Part shown: positions 1 through 13,144 of the stretch, piece by piece
Layout: the number at the start of each line of letters is the position of its first letter
Position numbering within the stretch: position 1 is the stretch's first letter
NCBI GenBank assembly: GCA_036172245.1
Contig: JAYWIR010000029.1
Location: 2,232,001 to 2,296,000, forward strand
Reading direction: 5' to 3'
From: Raillietiella orientalis
Lineage: Eukaryota
Length of the DNA stretch: 64,000 nt
Notes under the pieces: generated by a model
Databases searched by the model: none
What the model saw: the letters and a program-made list of their open reading frames with translations, nothing else
Told to the model about the DNA's origin: nothing
Position numbers and translations under genes: made by a program

Positions 1-3000
1 ACTCGTGGTGAATAGTCGAAGATGTCCTTTGAGATGACTGAAGTTGCTGAGAGAAGGGAAGATAGACGGACTCCTTTCCCGCACTCTGAACCGCATCGTC
101 TCCATTTTTTTTTTTTTTCTGAAAAGAAATGCACCTTGATGAAAAATCTCCCCACGCACTGTGAAGTGAAGTGGGTAACTGGACCCGGAGGAGTGGCCTG
201 GATGTATCCTAGGTGATACCTGGGAGGAGGAGTTGCTAGGATGCAGTGTTGCTTTTCCTCATCGATGAATCTTCCGCCATCTGAGGAAGATCCTGTCGTT
301 CAGAAACTGGAATAGACCGTGCCCTACCAAGAGAGTGAAAGAACGCTCCTCAAGCATCGTCTTTTTCCAAGTTTGTTGCCAGGAAGGATAGCCTTCGAAA
401 CGGCTCGTTAGAAAACCAGGAACATATCCTGCTCCCGAGCAGACAGATTTAGCCAGCTGCTAAATGCGGAAGATTATCTAATCGTATCCAGCCATCGCAA
501 ACCTTGCCGTAGCACGGTATCGCGCAGCCAAAAAATGATCAGCTATTATAAGCCCGCTTTTCCTCTCCATCAGGGAGACTCATGCATCGAACGATCACGC
601 CGGAATATTTTTGACACTCATCTTATCGACTTCATGATTTTAACAAGTTTTCAAGTTTTCCATCTTGAATGCCTCGGATGCATTCTTCTGCCTCTCCATT
701 CCCTCAGATTTCGACTGCTGCACTCAGATATTGCAGAGATAAGAAGGACTCTGAGAAGCCATTGAGCTCTTCCAGCCCAAACTGGCGCGTGCAGGGAGTC
801 GAGCTTAATTTGTTTAGCTGCTGATGCTCATCCCTCTGAAAGCGAGGTCGTGAGAATTCCTCACTCATCGCATGGGTGCTGTTGAGTGTAAAGAAGGTGT
901 CCTCCATCCCAGAGTGCGACTGCAGCACAAGTCACGCCAGCAGCTCCCACAGTGATGGTTCCAATCTCACCGCGTGTTCTCTCGTCGTTCTCGAATCTTC
1001 GACAACACGTGCAGACTGACTAGCTGTGTTCTTTCCCGATAAAAGAGATCGATGCCACCAAGACACGCCCTCGCGAAACATCAGGGCATCAACGTCCAGT
1101 GTTCGTGTAGTTGATGGATGAAAAGTAATCTGAAGGAAATTCCGTGTACAATCTGGTTCGGTTGCTTTGTACCACAAGAATTCTGTATCCTTATATGCCA
1201 TTTTGTTGCTATCACATTCGTCGTATTCGAGATTCGTTTGATTTCTAAACTTTATTTCCAGCATCGAGGCATCATCTCCATCCATCGTTGAGACGAGTGA
1301 ATCTGTTATCTCAGCACAAAGAGCATTCCCTGATTCACATAGTGAGAAAACACCCTTTTATAAATGGCGAGAATGTACAGAATTTTATAAATAAAATCAG
1401 CTTTTCTTTCTTTCTTTCCTCCATGTTCATGAAGCTCTTGAAACTGTTATCATCTTCCAGATTTCGGGATACGTTAAAGGTTTTGAGCCAGCAGCTTCTT
1501 AAGTCCGTGAGAAATCCCCTCTCACCTTGCGGATAACGGATTTTCTCGAACTATTCATCGATGGACTCCTTTCCCGCACTCTAAACCGCATCGTCTCCAT
1601 TTTTTTTTTTTTTTTTTTTGAAAAAAAAAAAAGAAAAAAAAAGGTAGGAATATCCCCAGCAGCCCTCATTGAATTCCATAATTTCTTAATTCGATTTACG
1701 TTTCTTCTGGGAATCCATCCCTCTTTTACAGTGGAGAGAACTTGATGTTCCGAACCAGTCGTTTCCCTTTTGAGCCGCACTTCCAAGAGATTGTCTCTAC
1801 CCCTTCGAGAACAGACCATGCAACCAGAGTAATGCGTTCTTCGAACGAGCTGCTTCTTCTTGGAAACGGATTTCGATAGCCACTCTGAGCAAAAAGTTCG
1901 AGAATCATCCGTCATCCAATTTCCGATGATAGCAATTGATTTTTTTTTTTTTCCGCCTGCTTCATTATGGTGCATTCTGCAATTCTTTGTAAAGTCGGAT
2001 TGCTGATTCCAAGGATTCAGATTAAAAGATTGGCATTACAGCTACAATTGAGAGATTACAATTTGTCCTCCCTAGCCGACAAAAAATTCTCAGTCATCAA
2101 GAAAGCTGCAGCTGCAATTGGTCTCTAGAATTACCGTCATTTTGGCGCCCGCAGCCATCATAATCGTGTAATCATTATCATCTTAAGGACCCGAGGAACC
2201 CAACTTCGACGCTCCATGACCACGAAACGAAGACGATCAAACTGTTCGTGCAAAATCATGTCTCATTAAGTCTTCGGTGTGTGCCTCGAAAACTCCAGGA
2301 AGGTGTCCGTGACAGAGAACTGGGATAGAAGATCGTGAAGAGAGGGAAAGCAATCAGAGAAGAGCTAGGCGGAGAATGAGGCGTTTCGATGAGACCTTTT
2401 TTTTTTTTTTTTTCATGGTTTTTGTTCGAATCCTTTCCCACTTCATATCCTCCTCGCTGTAGATGCGGAAGAGATGCCTGCTGTGGAGCCCGAACTTCGA
2501 CATGGAAAAGTGCCTCACCTTCTGGAAGGCAGCGGGAAATCGACACTCACCAATTCGGCTGCAGTTTGATTACTTTCGGTATCTTCTGTTCCTTACGTGT
2601 CTTCATTCATGGAGGCAGCCCAACGGTTCAAAAAAGCATTCAGGTGCGATGCCTCCTGCATTGGTGATTGTGCAATCACTCAGTGCAAAGTCTTGAACGA
2701 GTGCTGGTGCATGCCTTGGGGGCGTAACGAAGAATTGAAGAAAAAGAAAGAAAGAAACGTCGCAGTTGCACAGGATAAACCCCAAGTGACATTTTCCGTG
2801 GAAGCTGATGCTCAAAAAGTATCAGCATTTTTGCAAGTGAGGATGGATGGAAGAAAGACTCTCCCGTGAAGAAGTCTTCCTTGATTTCCCTTATCAGCCA
2901 CTCGAAAACATCTTCCCTACACTTTTCCGCTAGATGTATTCCAACCCACCTACTGTTATCGAATGATTTCTGAAGCAATGCGAGTTCATGGAAGGAAGGA

Positions 3001-4050
3001 CTTTATTTACTCAGCAAGCCGTACCTGACCACCTGGCCACAGCAATAAGTCTGCTTTCTGAAAATTACCAAAAAGGGCTTCTGAACTCGAAAAAGGTGAT
3101 TCCAGAGATGACCCATCCTTCAGATAGGAGGCACTATTTGTGATTCTGCACAGGAGATCGTTACGAATACTCGTGATGCTGAAAATATATGAATTTCATT
3201 CGTTTGATCTCAGATCTACACGACTTCACGATAATGACGGAAATCGCCGAAGTTGGGCCACGGTAGACCCTTGGCGTTGAGATCAGCAATCCAATCAATC
3301 AATGTGTTAAGAGCCTTGCAATCTTCTGCTTTCCATTTTCGGTAACCATGAGCACCCATAGAGCACTACAGAAGAATTTGGTCTTTTTCCTGGAAGAGAA
3401 AGAGAGCGTCAGCACCGACCGCGCTTTGCAAATGGATTGATGACAGGAGAAAAAAAAAAATACTTGCATCCCCAAGGTGACCAAGAAGCCTGGAACTATC
3501 TCCTCCTGCACTAGGAGATAGTAGGCCTCCGCTGCATTCTTTCAGAGCTCAATGTTTGCTTCCATTGAACCATCAGAAGACACAGAGACACAGAGTCTTA
3601 GATCGCTACACCAAACCAGTTTCTAGAAACACTGGAACTCCTAGAAAGGAGCTCAATAGCGTTCTCCTCAATCTCATTGTGGGATGGATCTAGAGACCTG
3701 AACACAAGCAGCCTGACAGGAACAGGTGACCTTTTGCATCTGACAAAGTCAGCTGGTGGTTGAAGGGTCCTTTAATAAGGATCCCCATTTCATTGTTCCC
3801 CTTTGCTGACACCACACATTAGATCTTCGTGTCATGACCACTTTCTCCAGAGAGTTTTCCAGTTTAGGATTTTCCCGAATTCCCGAGTTGGTCTTAGAAA
3901 TCAGAAACGAATCCGTTCGCCGGTTTGCTTTTCCTGCTTTCAAATGCTCCCGACGCACCAGTGTGGCCACATCCTTCTGGGTACAGATGCCGCAGGGTTT
4001 TCTGACCAGCCGCTTGAAATGCGTGGTGGGCGCCGTACGTGAACGCTGTA
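1..4050 (-). mobile_element. Tandem decayed RLE-type LINE fragments
   Basis: LGVYPV and C....KTLH*VIAQSP (ETLxHVLxxCP-like) at ~2670-2790, thumb-like remnants at ~1060 and ~3290, and a duplicated ~45-nt segment at ~67-118 and ~1563-1612. Confidence 0.45.
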
Positions 4051-6469
4051 CAAACGACACCCGTTAAAGATTCTGACTTCGTAGATTTCGAGATTTTGAC
4101 TTCCATCGCTGCTGATTCTGTTTTCCTTATTATGAACCCTTTTTTTTTTTTTTCCTGTTCTTTCTTGGCGGTTAGTATCTCTTTGAAGGATTCCTACTCG
4201 AGCTAATGTCATTAAGTTTTCGATTCTCATTAGCATCTCTACTTCTTTCACGGTTTGCAGTTTCTAAACAGTTGGACCACTAAAATCGTGGTCATTGATG
4301 TGCGTGTTATCATTGTGCTCATCATTCTTGTTGTTGCTGTTTTTTTTTTTTTTCATTTCATGATGAGTTTTCCACCTACAATTCTGTAGGGATTGAATTC
4401 TTCTCCTCATTGTTTTTTTTTTTTTTTTCATGACTTCAAGAACTCTCCAGCATTCAGTGCTCCTGGCTGACGTAATGACTACAGCATTATAGGTAGAGTA
4501 TCATACCGGAGTTCTGGATTCGTTACTAGGGTCACTGCTTCTCTGTTTCTTTGCATTTATGTGCTCGCATTCGTTTTTATCGATTCCCGATTGCCAAAAA
4601 CGAATCCAGATTCCTATCCTTTTTTTTTCCTGTCTTGCCATCATTTTTTAAAGTCGAGGTCAATCGAAGATACTTTTTGCACGATTCGTTGCCACATTCA
4701 ACGAGGATGCTGCGTAACTAGACACTACAGGAAAGGTGTTGCGGCACTCCAGCGACAACAGATTCAGAATAGAAGGACACAGAAACACAAACAGACTTCA
4801 TGACATCATATACTGAAAAGTTGGAAGGCGATGGAACCTCTGAAATTCCAAGAGAATCTGCGTTCCCAGAGGAAGCTCGAGGCAGCTTGCCATTTCCTTT
4901 TCAGATCTCAAGCTTGAGGAGGGAGCCAAAGATCCTCCAGAGATCAGAGCATTTTGCTAGGGCGACCGCACTCTTAGATATGCCTTAGATAAACACGCGG
5001 GAGAATCCGAACGGAACGCGATCATTCCTGTAGCTTGGATTTCCGTTCAAGAGGGCCAACCAACTTTCATTCCAATCTGCCTCCGCCGTCGCATGGGAAT
5101 TTTCATCGGAACAGGGAGGGCGGGAGGAGGGGGAAGGAATTCTTTCATGGACTCTTCCTCTTTCCTCGCCGAATCTGCTTATCCGAAACAACTCGAAGAA
5201 GCTTCCAGAACCTCTGCGAACCAAATGTAGGGATTGGCAGCGCTAAAAATACTTGAGTCTCTAGGACACGAGGCGGCCAAATCGACAGCCTTTCTACCAA
5301 AGTTCAGAAAAGGAACTTTCATCGGAAAAATAACAAGATTACGCGTTCAAAGGGCATCACTCGTGGTACATTTCCTCACTCGAGATTCCCAGAGACTGCA
5401 GGAAAATCAAGCCTGACTCATGCAGCCAGTCCCTGTTTCCAGCTGCTTATCTTCGGGCTTCCTCATTGGAATTTTGACCTGCTGGATGGGGAAGATGACT
5501 TGCATGCAGGCAGGCATCGCCACGGTCGAACTGGTGCAGCAGCAGGAATATCCCATTTTGCGCCATTCATGAGTCTCATTTCCTGATTCTGTAAAGAACT
5601 TCAGGCAGCGAGAAGAAAATGCAAGTCCACTATGTGTGTCAAACGGTCAACGTCTTGTCAGCAGTTTCCATAGACTTCTCTCAAGCGCCATCATTAAGTT
5701 GCGGAAATTGCATTGGCCACATTTCTCTCTTTGTCTGTGTCCAAGGATCGCTGGAGATTTATTATGTGCTTGTTTGATTACCGCAGCCTTTTACTTGTTT
5801 GATGACCGCAGTCCTCCGGTTCTTCTTCTCCAGGCCGCTCCTGCCCGATAGGTAGCAAAATGATTGATCAAAGTTGTGTTGCCCACTCGGCTAGCGAGCG
5901 CACTGTTCCTTCCTCGATGCGGAGATTGGAAGAATGGCTTCCAAAGGGAGCCAAAGTCATGGCAAATACCTCTGGATAATTGACGTCACTGTCTTATGGA
6001 GCCCAAAGGGCAGTGAGGTAGCCAGATAAAGGGATACTGAAATGGGAGCTTTGTCTTTGAGCCTGCTGGAGCGGAAAACGACTGTTGGTCGGAAACCGCA
6101 AGGGGTATCACGGATGCACTAATAATGATAATAACGGTTATTTACTCGCCCTGGCTCTCTGTTGAAATGTATCGAGGCATAGCTCAGAAGAATGGCACGT
6201 TGCCACGCTGGAACAGGGAATTTCAGAATTGGGAACTGGTTTCCTCAGGGGAAGACGGTGCGGAGAGAAATTGTCATCCGGAAGGCGGTCCAACAGAGTG
6301 CCAGAAAGAAAAAAAAACGCTCTATTGTTCGACTTTCTTTCGAAAGACAAGTGTGGGAGGGACACCTTAGAAGAAGATTTAGTTAAACCGAGGTGACATG
6401 GAGCACCAGCGACAGAGGATCAGCATTAAAAATCACGTAAAAAAGGAAGCTGAGACTGCCTACTGAACT

Positions 6470-7290
6470 TCTGTTTCACTGTTTTCCTTCCAGCTTTCTT
6501 TTTTTCTTTTCTTTAAAGTTTTCTTTTTAGTTCGGGAAGTACTGAAGAACCGTTCGCCCAGGGGTTCACAAAGCTCTTTGACTCTGTCCACGCCACCCGA
6601 GGGTGCGTGTTAATTCTTCAAGTTAAGGGGAGCCTCGGGAGGGAGGGACCACCCTATGAATCCAAGGCGCCAGACGTTCTTCTCACGCTTGAGAGAGACG
6701 CTGAACGGAACCCCTTCGCCCTGGTTGTCTACGAAGGAGCCCGAAGGGAACCTCTTTCTTGTTCTCTCCGGAGGGACCCTCAGGAAGGGGCCGCCCCTCG
6801 TTTCTTTTCCGAAGGGAGCCCGGAAAGGATCCTCTCCTCCTGAATTTCCTCTCCAGAGGGAGCTCACAAGGGAACCGCTCCCCGTTTCCTCCTCTGAAGA
6901 GAACCCCGAAGGGAGCAGCGCGCTTCTGCAGTCCAGAGAAGTACGAACCAGTTCCATGTATGGCTCCATTCTGACAACCGGAAGGGGACCGGCTGCGCGA
7001 TTCCTGGAAGGGCGTCGGACGGTCAGTTTTCAATCCCGGCCGCTCAGCGGGGGCATCCGGGGGTTTCCGACTTCCATCAATGCAGCATCCGAAGCCCGGA
7101 GCTCCCCCGCAAGATGACGCTGGTTGGCATTCGGTCAACCAGCGTCATCTTGCGGGGAGGACCTGAAACTCACGACGCACCCACCCATTTCTCGGCATCG
7201 CCCACTCTCCAGATGGGATTCGAACCCTCAGCGCTTGGTAACAGGACATTAGTGTGGGCGTGGCCAGCGCCGACACACCGTTTCCACGGG
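6470..7290 (-). mobile_element. Family A SINE-like repeat with tRNA-like head
   Basis: B box GGTTCGAATCCC on - strand (7215-7226), internal ~36-nt repeats, shared TTCTTCAAG/CCACGCCAC block and A-rich end, homologous to four other copies. Confidence 0.6.
7105..7157. repeat. Perfect 22-bp inverted repeat (hairpin), 9-nt loop
   Basis: ccccgcaagatgacgctggttg (7105-7126) pairs with caaccagcgtcatcttgcgggg (7136-7157). Confidence 0.95.
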
Positions 7291-8249
7291 GATGTCGTCC
7301 ACGAACCGGTCCGGGTGCTGGGCGATCGAATGGTTCCCTCATCTGCTTCTGTACCGCGGTGTCCTTCCGGGGGAACCGCTGGAAGAGGTCGACTTCCGCA
7401 TCCGCAAGACGTGCTTGTTTGATTCATGAGAGACAACCGTGGAGCAATTGACCTGCGGCAAGCTCAACGCCGGGTCGCGCCGTCTCGGGGACAGCCTTTC
7501 GTTGGAGCCACCACGCTCGCAAGGGGAAATCATCCTCCTGGAAACAGCAGCAACAGCCGCCTCCGTGGTGACCGCAGCGAGGTGGCCTCGTTTTACCCGA
7601 AGTCGCCAGGCGACTCTCCTGCATTCTGCGGAGGCTATAGACAAGAAAGCACGGCTTCTACCAAAGACCCCGTTCCCTACCTCCCCACCTTTCTCTTTCA
7701 TTTATTTATTTGTTGTCCCCCTCCCTTCCTTTCGTTTGGAACTCCCTGCTTGCTCGACCTGCGTGTCGGTGAACCCTCCACGAGGGCTTTCGCTCGTTTC
7801 CCTTGGCAACTGGTCTCCCAAGCGCCCGCACTTTTATTTAAAGAAAGAAAAGAAAGTGACCTGGTGAAAAGAGGCGTCCAGGCGTGATCCAGCGAACGGT
7901 CGCTTCGTTCGCTCGACCAAGATCGCCTCACCAAATGTCCAAGCCTGCGGTTCCCTCTCGTGCTGGGCAGACTCCGCGTCGCGCGACCACCCAACGGTGG
8001 GTCGAAGCGGACCCATTCTGCTTCCTAAAACACCCACGCCTCCGCGCATCTTTCCCAACGCGTTCGGTGATGGCCCTATCTAGTCATCGCGACTGGAAAA
8101 AAAAAAAAAAAATTCCTTCTTTCAGTCGAGAAACAAATCGACAAGAAAATTTCGTAGTTTCTGTTCAAGAACAAGTACAATCAGTGGCATTTGTCATTGT
8201 CTCTCATCGAACCTTAAATGTAGCCAGAAAGGCTTTTTGCCCTTCCCCC

Positions 8250-8920
8250 ATCACTTGGTGTTCGAAACGGTCTGGTTCACGGTCGACGGGCGAAGTTTCG
8301 AGGACGCCATTACGCCGACTGCTCCCCCCGTTCATCTTGAACTCCTCATTTGCGGTGCTCCCAGAGAATGTCCGGGACAAGCCTGGATGGCCCGAGCTCA
8401 GTGATCGCCCGCATCGGCGGCCATGTCAAACGGGTTCCTCACGAAGGGGGTGGCGTGCAAGAAGCCCACTGCTCTCTTTGGGCAGCGCTCATCAGGGAAA
8501 TCGGGAAGCGTCCCTTCGGGGTTCTCTTCAGAGGAGGAAACGAGGAACGGTTCCCTTGCGGAGATTCCCTCCGGAGAAGACATTCCAGGAGCGAATCCTT
8601 TCCATGTTTCCTGAGGAGAAGAACTGGGGAGAGGCTCGCTCCGGGGGTCCCTCCAGAGAGAACAGGGAAGAGGTTCCCTCCGAAGTTTTGTCTCCTAAGC
8701 GTGAGAGAGGAACGGATTTCTTCCTCCAGAGCTCTCCTGGATTCGTAGGGTGGCCTACAACTTGAAGAGTTGACACGCATCCTCGAATGACGTGGAACAG
8801 TGTCAAAGAGTTTCGTGAGCCACTCGGCGAACGGTTCTTCAGCCCTTGGCGAAGCAGGAAAAAAAAACCCAGAAAACAAGGAAGCAGAAACAAAAAAGAA
8901 AGAGAAAGCAGAAGAACCAA
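8250..8920 (+). mobile_element. Family A copy (opposite orientation), directly upstream of family B
   Basis: Reverse-complement homology to 6480-6930 (e.g. cccttcggggttctcttcagaggaggaaacg) and an A-rich end at 8858-8922. The head is degenerate (gttcgaaac near 8260). Confidence 0.6.
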
Positions 8921-8959
8921 AAGGTATTTTCATCGTCCCAGCGTCCCTCCCCCTTGCCC

Positions 8960-10443
8960 CAGTGCTGCCCTCCCTAAGGGACGCAAGGGAAAGCGCAATC
9001 CCAGCAAGGTAGGAAGTGGCTCGCTGCATAGCAGCAAACAAGAAACTGTTGGGGGCGGGGACCACTCGGGAAGTGACGGACGCTGCGAACCCGAGTGTCC
9101 CTCCCCACGGACTTGCACGCATAAGAGAGATGCTCGGCATCCTTGCGGAGGAGGTGAATTGTCCCCCTGCGTGCTGAACAGCGGCGCCCTCCCCTCCCTC
9201 AAGTGGCAGGAGTCGGCGGTGCTTCCACACCCGGGTGCGCCGGGGCGTTTATTTTTGTAAAAAAAAAAAAAAACAAACAAACATGTGCAGGGCCATTGCC
9301 CCTACAGCTTCCGATAAAAACTCTGAACTTGCCGAGTAGCCAGCGCGCAGGCTGGCGAGTTCGACTCGGCAGCGGAGGGGAAAGGGACAAATAAAAACAA
9401 AAAAAGAAAACACTATTGACAAAAGCAGGGAGGGGTCGTGGAAGGGATCACGTTCCGCTGGGGTCGTCCTCTACATCCTTTCCAGGATACCGGCAAGTTC
9501 AGTCCGCATACGTCCCAGATGGGACCATCCGGCTGCCGTCCTCAGGAAGCGCAGGGCGGATCGGATGGCGTCCCTATCTCTCTGTCGACCAGTGGCGTTG
9601 CTCCAGGCCGCCATAATCCCTCGTAGGAGGCAGCAGAGGGCTGCAAGGGCTACGGCAGGCGAAAGGGCGTCACGCACAAAGAGGCGCTTAAATACGTCTC
9701 TGGGGTTGTTCATGGATGCTCCAAGGGCCGTTGCGAAACGCAACCACAGGGGCCGGAGGGCAACACAGTCTACTGTGCTGCATGGGAATCCCGTGCGACG
9801 TGCGCCTTTTCCACTGGACACGGAGGAGCGTGGACGCTCAGAGGCAGACGCGGGAAGAAGGAGACCCTCCCACACCTGCTGTTGCACTGTGCTGCCCTCC
9901 GACCCCTCTGGTATCGCCTCGCGACGATCCTAGGGACCCCGGCAGGCGGCCCTAGGGACATTTGGAAATGCAACTTCGTGTGTGGTGCCGCACTGCCTCC
10001 AGCCGCGTCCTTCTCAGTCCTCTGCTGCGACCGCGGAATCGTGGCAGCTTGGAACGCTGGAAGAAGAGGCCAGAATGGCAGGGACGCCATCCACTGGGCC
10101 CAAATCTTCCTGAGGACCGCATCGGGGTGACCCCACCTGGGCGGGACACGGACAGAACTTGCCGGCATCCCGAGCAGCATGCAGAGGACACCTGGCAATG
10201 TACCGCGAGATCCCTTCCTAAATCCTTTCCCCCCCCTCCGCGTGTTTAAATTCTCCTCCCCCATTTTGCTTATCTTTTTTGTCTTCCCTTCCCCCTACGC
10301 TGCCGAAGCGGACCTCGCCGGTCTGCTCACCACTCTTCGGCAGGTTCGTTGCGCGTGGTAGAGCCAACGGTTCTACCAAGGAAATGCACTTTTATTACTT
10401 AACGTAATAAATGCCCCAGCATAACCGGGCGATAATCATCATC
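8960..10443 (+). mobile_element. 3' end of Tx1/L1-like non-LTR retrotransposon (family B), interrupted by a nested insertion
   Basis: Remnant ORF2 end LPSLKWQESAVL(M)LHG...RGKKETLPHLLLHCAALRPLWYRLATILG...IVAAWNAGRR (zf-RVT/CCHC pattern), then a 3' UTR ending in hairpins, AATAAA and ATAATCATCATC. Confidence 0.75.
9228..9772 (-). mobile_element. Diverged 5'-truncated family B' copy nested in reverse inside family B
   Basis: Minus-strand translation CVALRPLWLRFATALG...RGIMAAWSNATGR...RTELAGI is homologous to 9885-10340. Its tail 9228-9253 is the exact reverse complement of 37907-37932. Confidence 0.75.
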
Positions 10444-11619
10444 TCAGAGCAGAAAGGGCATCGCCTCGTGCTCCCACTCCGGAGGGACGTACAGCTGCGC
10501 CCTGTCCAGCAGCCAAAATGGTCAGAGTTGTTGGGAGCGAGCAGGAGAACCAGCAGATTCCAAATTCGTTCCCGACTTGGAGTTCTTGAAGGAAGCGTGC
10601 AGGCTGTGTAGCGCGCCACATCCAGCGACCAACCATGCCATCATTACTACCATTGCCTGCTTTTGATCCTCCAAGCACCTCCAAGCACCAGTCGCTCTCC
10701 TACCCGCACAAGATGCCAGCTCTCTTTGTCAAATTGGATCCTTCAGGCATCCACGAATGCCAGCATCTCAGAACAGACTGACCAGCGGGTCAGAATCCTC
10801 TCCACAGACAGATATCGGAGCTCTTGCCATGAGATATAACTGTAATTACCTTCACTTCATTATACTACGTCATACCTGGCTTTTAATTAACAAGTCGACC
10901 GACTCGTTGGTCAGCTGCGATCGGTGATTGTTTTTTCCATGGGCCACGGTGGTCACCAGTGGCCGGAGTACCTCGAATGTTTAGAATAATTAAAATAACA
11001 TGAATATCGTCAACTAAAACATTTGAAATCATAGCTAACTGGACAATATCATGAAATAAAAAAAATGCACCATTCAGTACAATTAAAGATTTTAATTAAA
11101 ACACTATGTAGTTGTATTACAAAAATTATGTACGGTGTACTGTATGAAAGCATCTTAAGCATAAATGAGACTGGACATCGTTTGTATCCATATCTTTGAG
11201 GGCTAATCTGTGGACATTATTATAAACAGACTTCACGTAATAATCGTAAAAATATCTCTCTATAATCTTAAAATCTAAGGTGGAAGTATGCACATCCTCT
11301 ATTATTATAGAAACGAACAAACGAACGAACATTTTTCTTATACTTGTGAGAAACTATTCGAAAAAAGTGACCAACAGTAACTGGGTGCACCAGGGGGCCA
11401 CGGAGGCCGCCCAGGACCACCAGCAAGATAAACGCACTATGGATAAGGGTATGATCTTATATAACCATATTTCTTATTGTTTTGTCATCATATGCTTAGA
11501 ATAACGAAAATTCTCTTTTGGCCACCCTGAGAGCACCATACAAATCTTGCGTGGAAGTCAACATGTTATTTTATTTATATATTTTTTTGAAACAATGTAT
11601 ACAGTTTGTACTTCCGTAA

Positions 11620-13100
11620 GGAACAGCGATTTAGCGAGTGCAGATGGTCTACCTGTACGAAGGTCTCCTGGGAGAACTCGCACATGAGACTCGTGACGGG
11701 ATCATGCATCCGACGGAATCTGAAGCGTGATTGAATCACGGCCGTGAAAAGGGGGTGAACGTCCCGATGCGAGTCCACCCTTTCGAGGGATGCAGCAAGG
11801 GATAGGATTCAGGACCGTGCGTTCCCTTGGATGCTGCTGTCTTCTGTGATGCTGCATGCGAGGTTCGCGTATCACGGTTCACTTGCTGGGGCTTCCCAGG
11901 TGCATAGCTCGGCAAGATCCCATTCGCTCCCCCATCAGCGCCCAAGTGCGGATCCACTTTGAGGGTCTCTTCCACGCACGTTCCTCGCGTCATCGGGAAA
12001 ATGGGATTCCGAGCACCGGGACCTATTGCGATCCGGCAATCGATCAAACTTTGCGCAGACATGACCATCGCCGGGACCGATCAGAGTGATGCGAGATGAT
12101 TGAGCCTCAGCTGGAGATCTCAGTTGAGCAGAGCTTCGAGGATGCCCTGCCCCAGGATTTTGCCAGGGGTCCGTGATTGGCGGGACCCTCCCCGGAGTGA
12201 CGAAAGCGCAGTCGTCCCACATTGGCCTCCGTGAGGCAGCGTCTCACTGTCTCCGGAGAGCCGCTCTTGAGATGCTGTCTTTGGCACGGATGATGTCAAG
12301 TCTTCTAGTTCACGTGGCTGGAAGGACAGAACGGAATAAAGGGAATTTTGCCAATCCATTCTACAGGGATCATATTCGACTGAATGCATCTATCCCATCC
12401 TACGGAAACGCGTTTGCTTGTGTACATCTGGAGACTGACCATGCTTCGTTCAAAACCCTTTCGAGGAGAAGAAAACAAAAGGGATGGCACTCGCGTCCTG
12501 AGACTCGATTTTTCGGGACGGCTCTCCGTGACGTTTAAGTCGGGAAGATCATGGTGGCACAAAATGAACAAACATCCAGTGGGACTTGTGCAGTTTATGC
12601 AGTTGCACAATTTAGTCATCGACCTTTGTGCACCAGTCCATTGCGTTCGTAAATCCACTGTCCCACCGGTACTGCTAACATCTGAGCCATCCTTGGCACC
12701 TGTTCTGAAATGATTACATCCCGCAGCGGCCTCTCTTGGAAGTTTGGTTGGGCATCACTAGAAAGTTGTATCAATGAGCGATTACGTAATGATTGCCATT
12801 TATTGGCACGCACCACGTTGCCATGGCTAAACTCATCTGGAGCGTCCTTCCAGTGAACGGAATCGAGGACTTGTAGAGTGATACTTGATGGCGCTTCGTA
12901 CAATCCGAGGACATCACCTACCAACTGCCTCAAGGCTCTTTCTCTCGAGGGGGCGGCATGATGTTCCTTTTTTGTTTTCCAAGTAGATCATCTTTAGATT
13001 CCGAGCTGTAAGCAATGACAGCTTCGTGATTGTGATGCCACCTCTTCTCAGGATTTTTACCAGTGCTGTTGCCTCACTTTTGATAGTCACCTTTAAAAAA
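11620..13100 (-). mobile_element. Decayed RLE-type LINE fragment
   Basis: PVEWIGKIPF (~12350, thumb-like), GTCVEETL..HLG (~11960) and RRMHDPV (~11705), the CCHC plus RHD/N motif of RLE elements. Confidence 0.55.
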
Positions 13101-13144
13101 GGCCAACAGGGACCTCACAGGGGTATTGTCATCATTAGCTTGGG

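Noticed and set aside
2597..2869. Cys-rich ORF (CDASCIGDCAITQCKVLNECWCMP) resembling a CS-alpha-beta defensin or toxin
   Set aside because: No signal peptide, and it is antisense to a decayed LINE zinc-knuckle region, which explains the pattern.
6690..6915. CRISPR-like periodicity
   Set aside because: Degenerate tandem units with no unique spacers or cas genes, in a eukaryotic context.
7884..9260. Long overlapping ORFs (293, 263 and 157 aa)
   Set aside because: GC-rich family A/B repeat open in several frames; frames are not conserved between copies.
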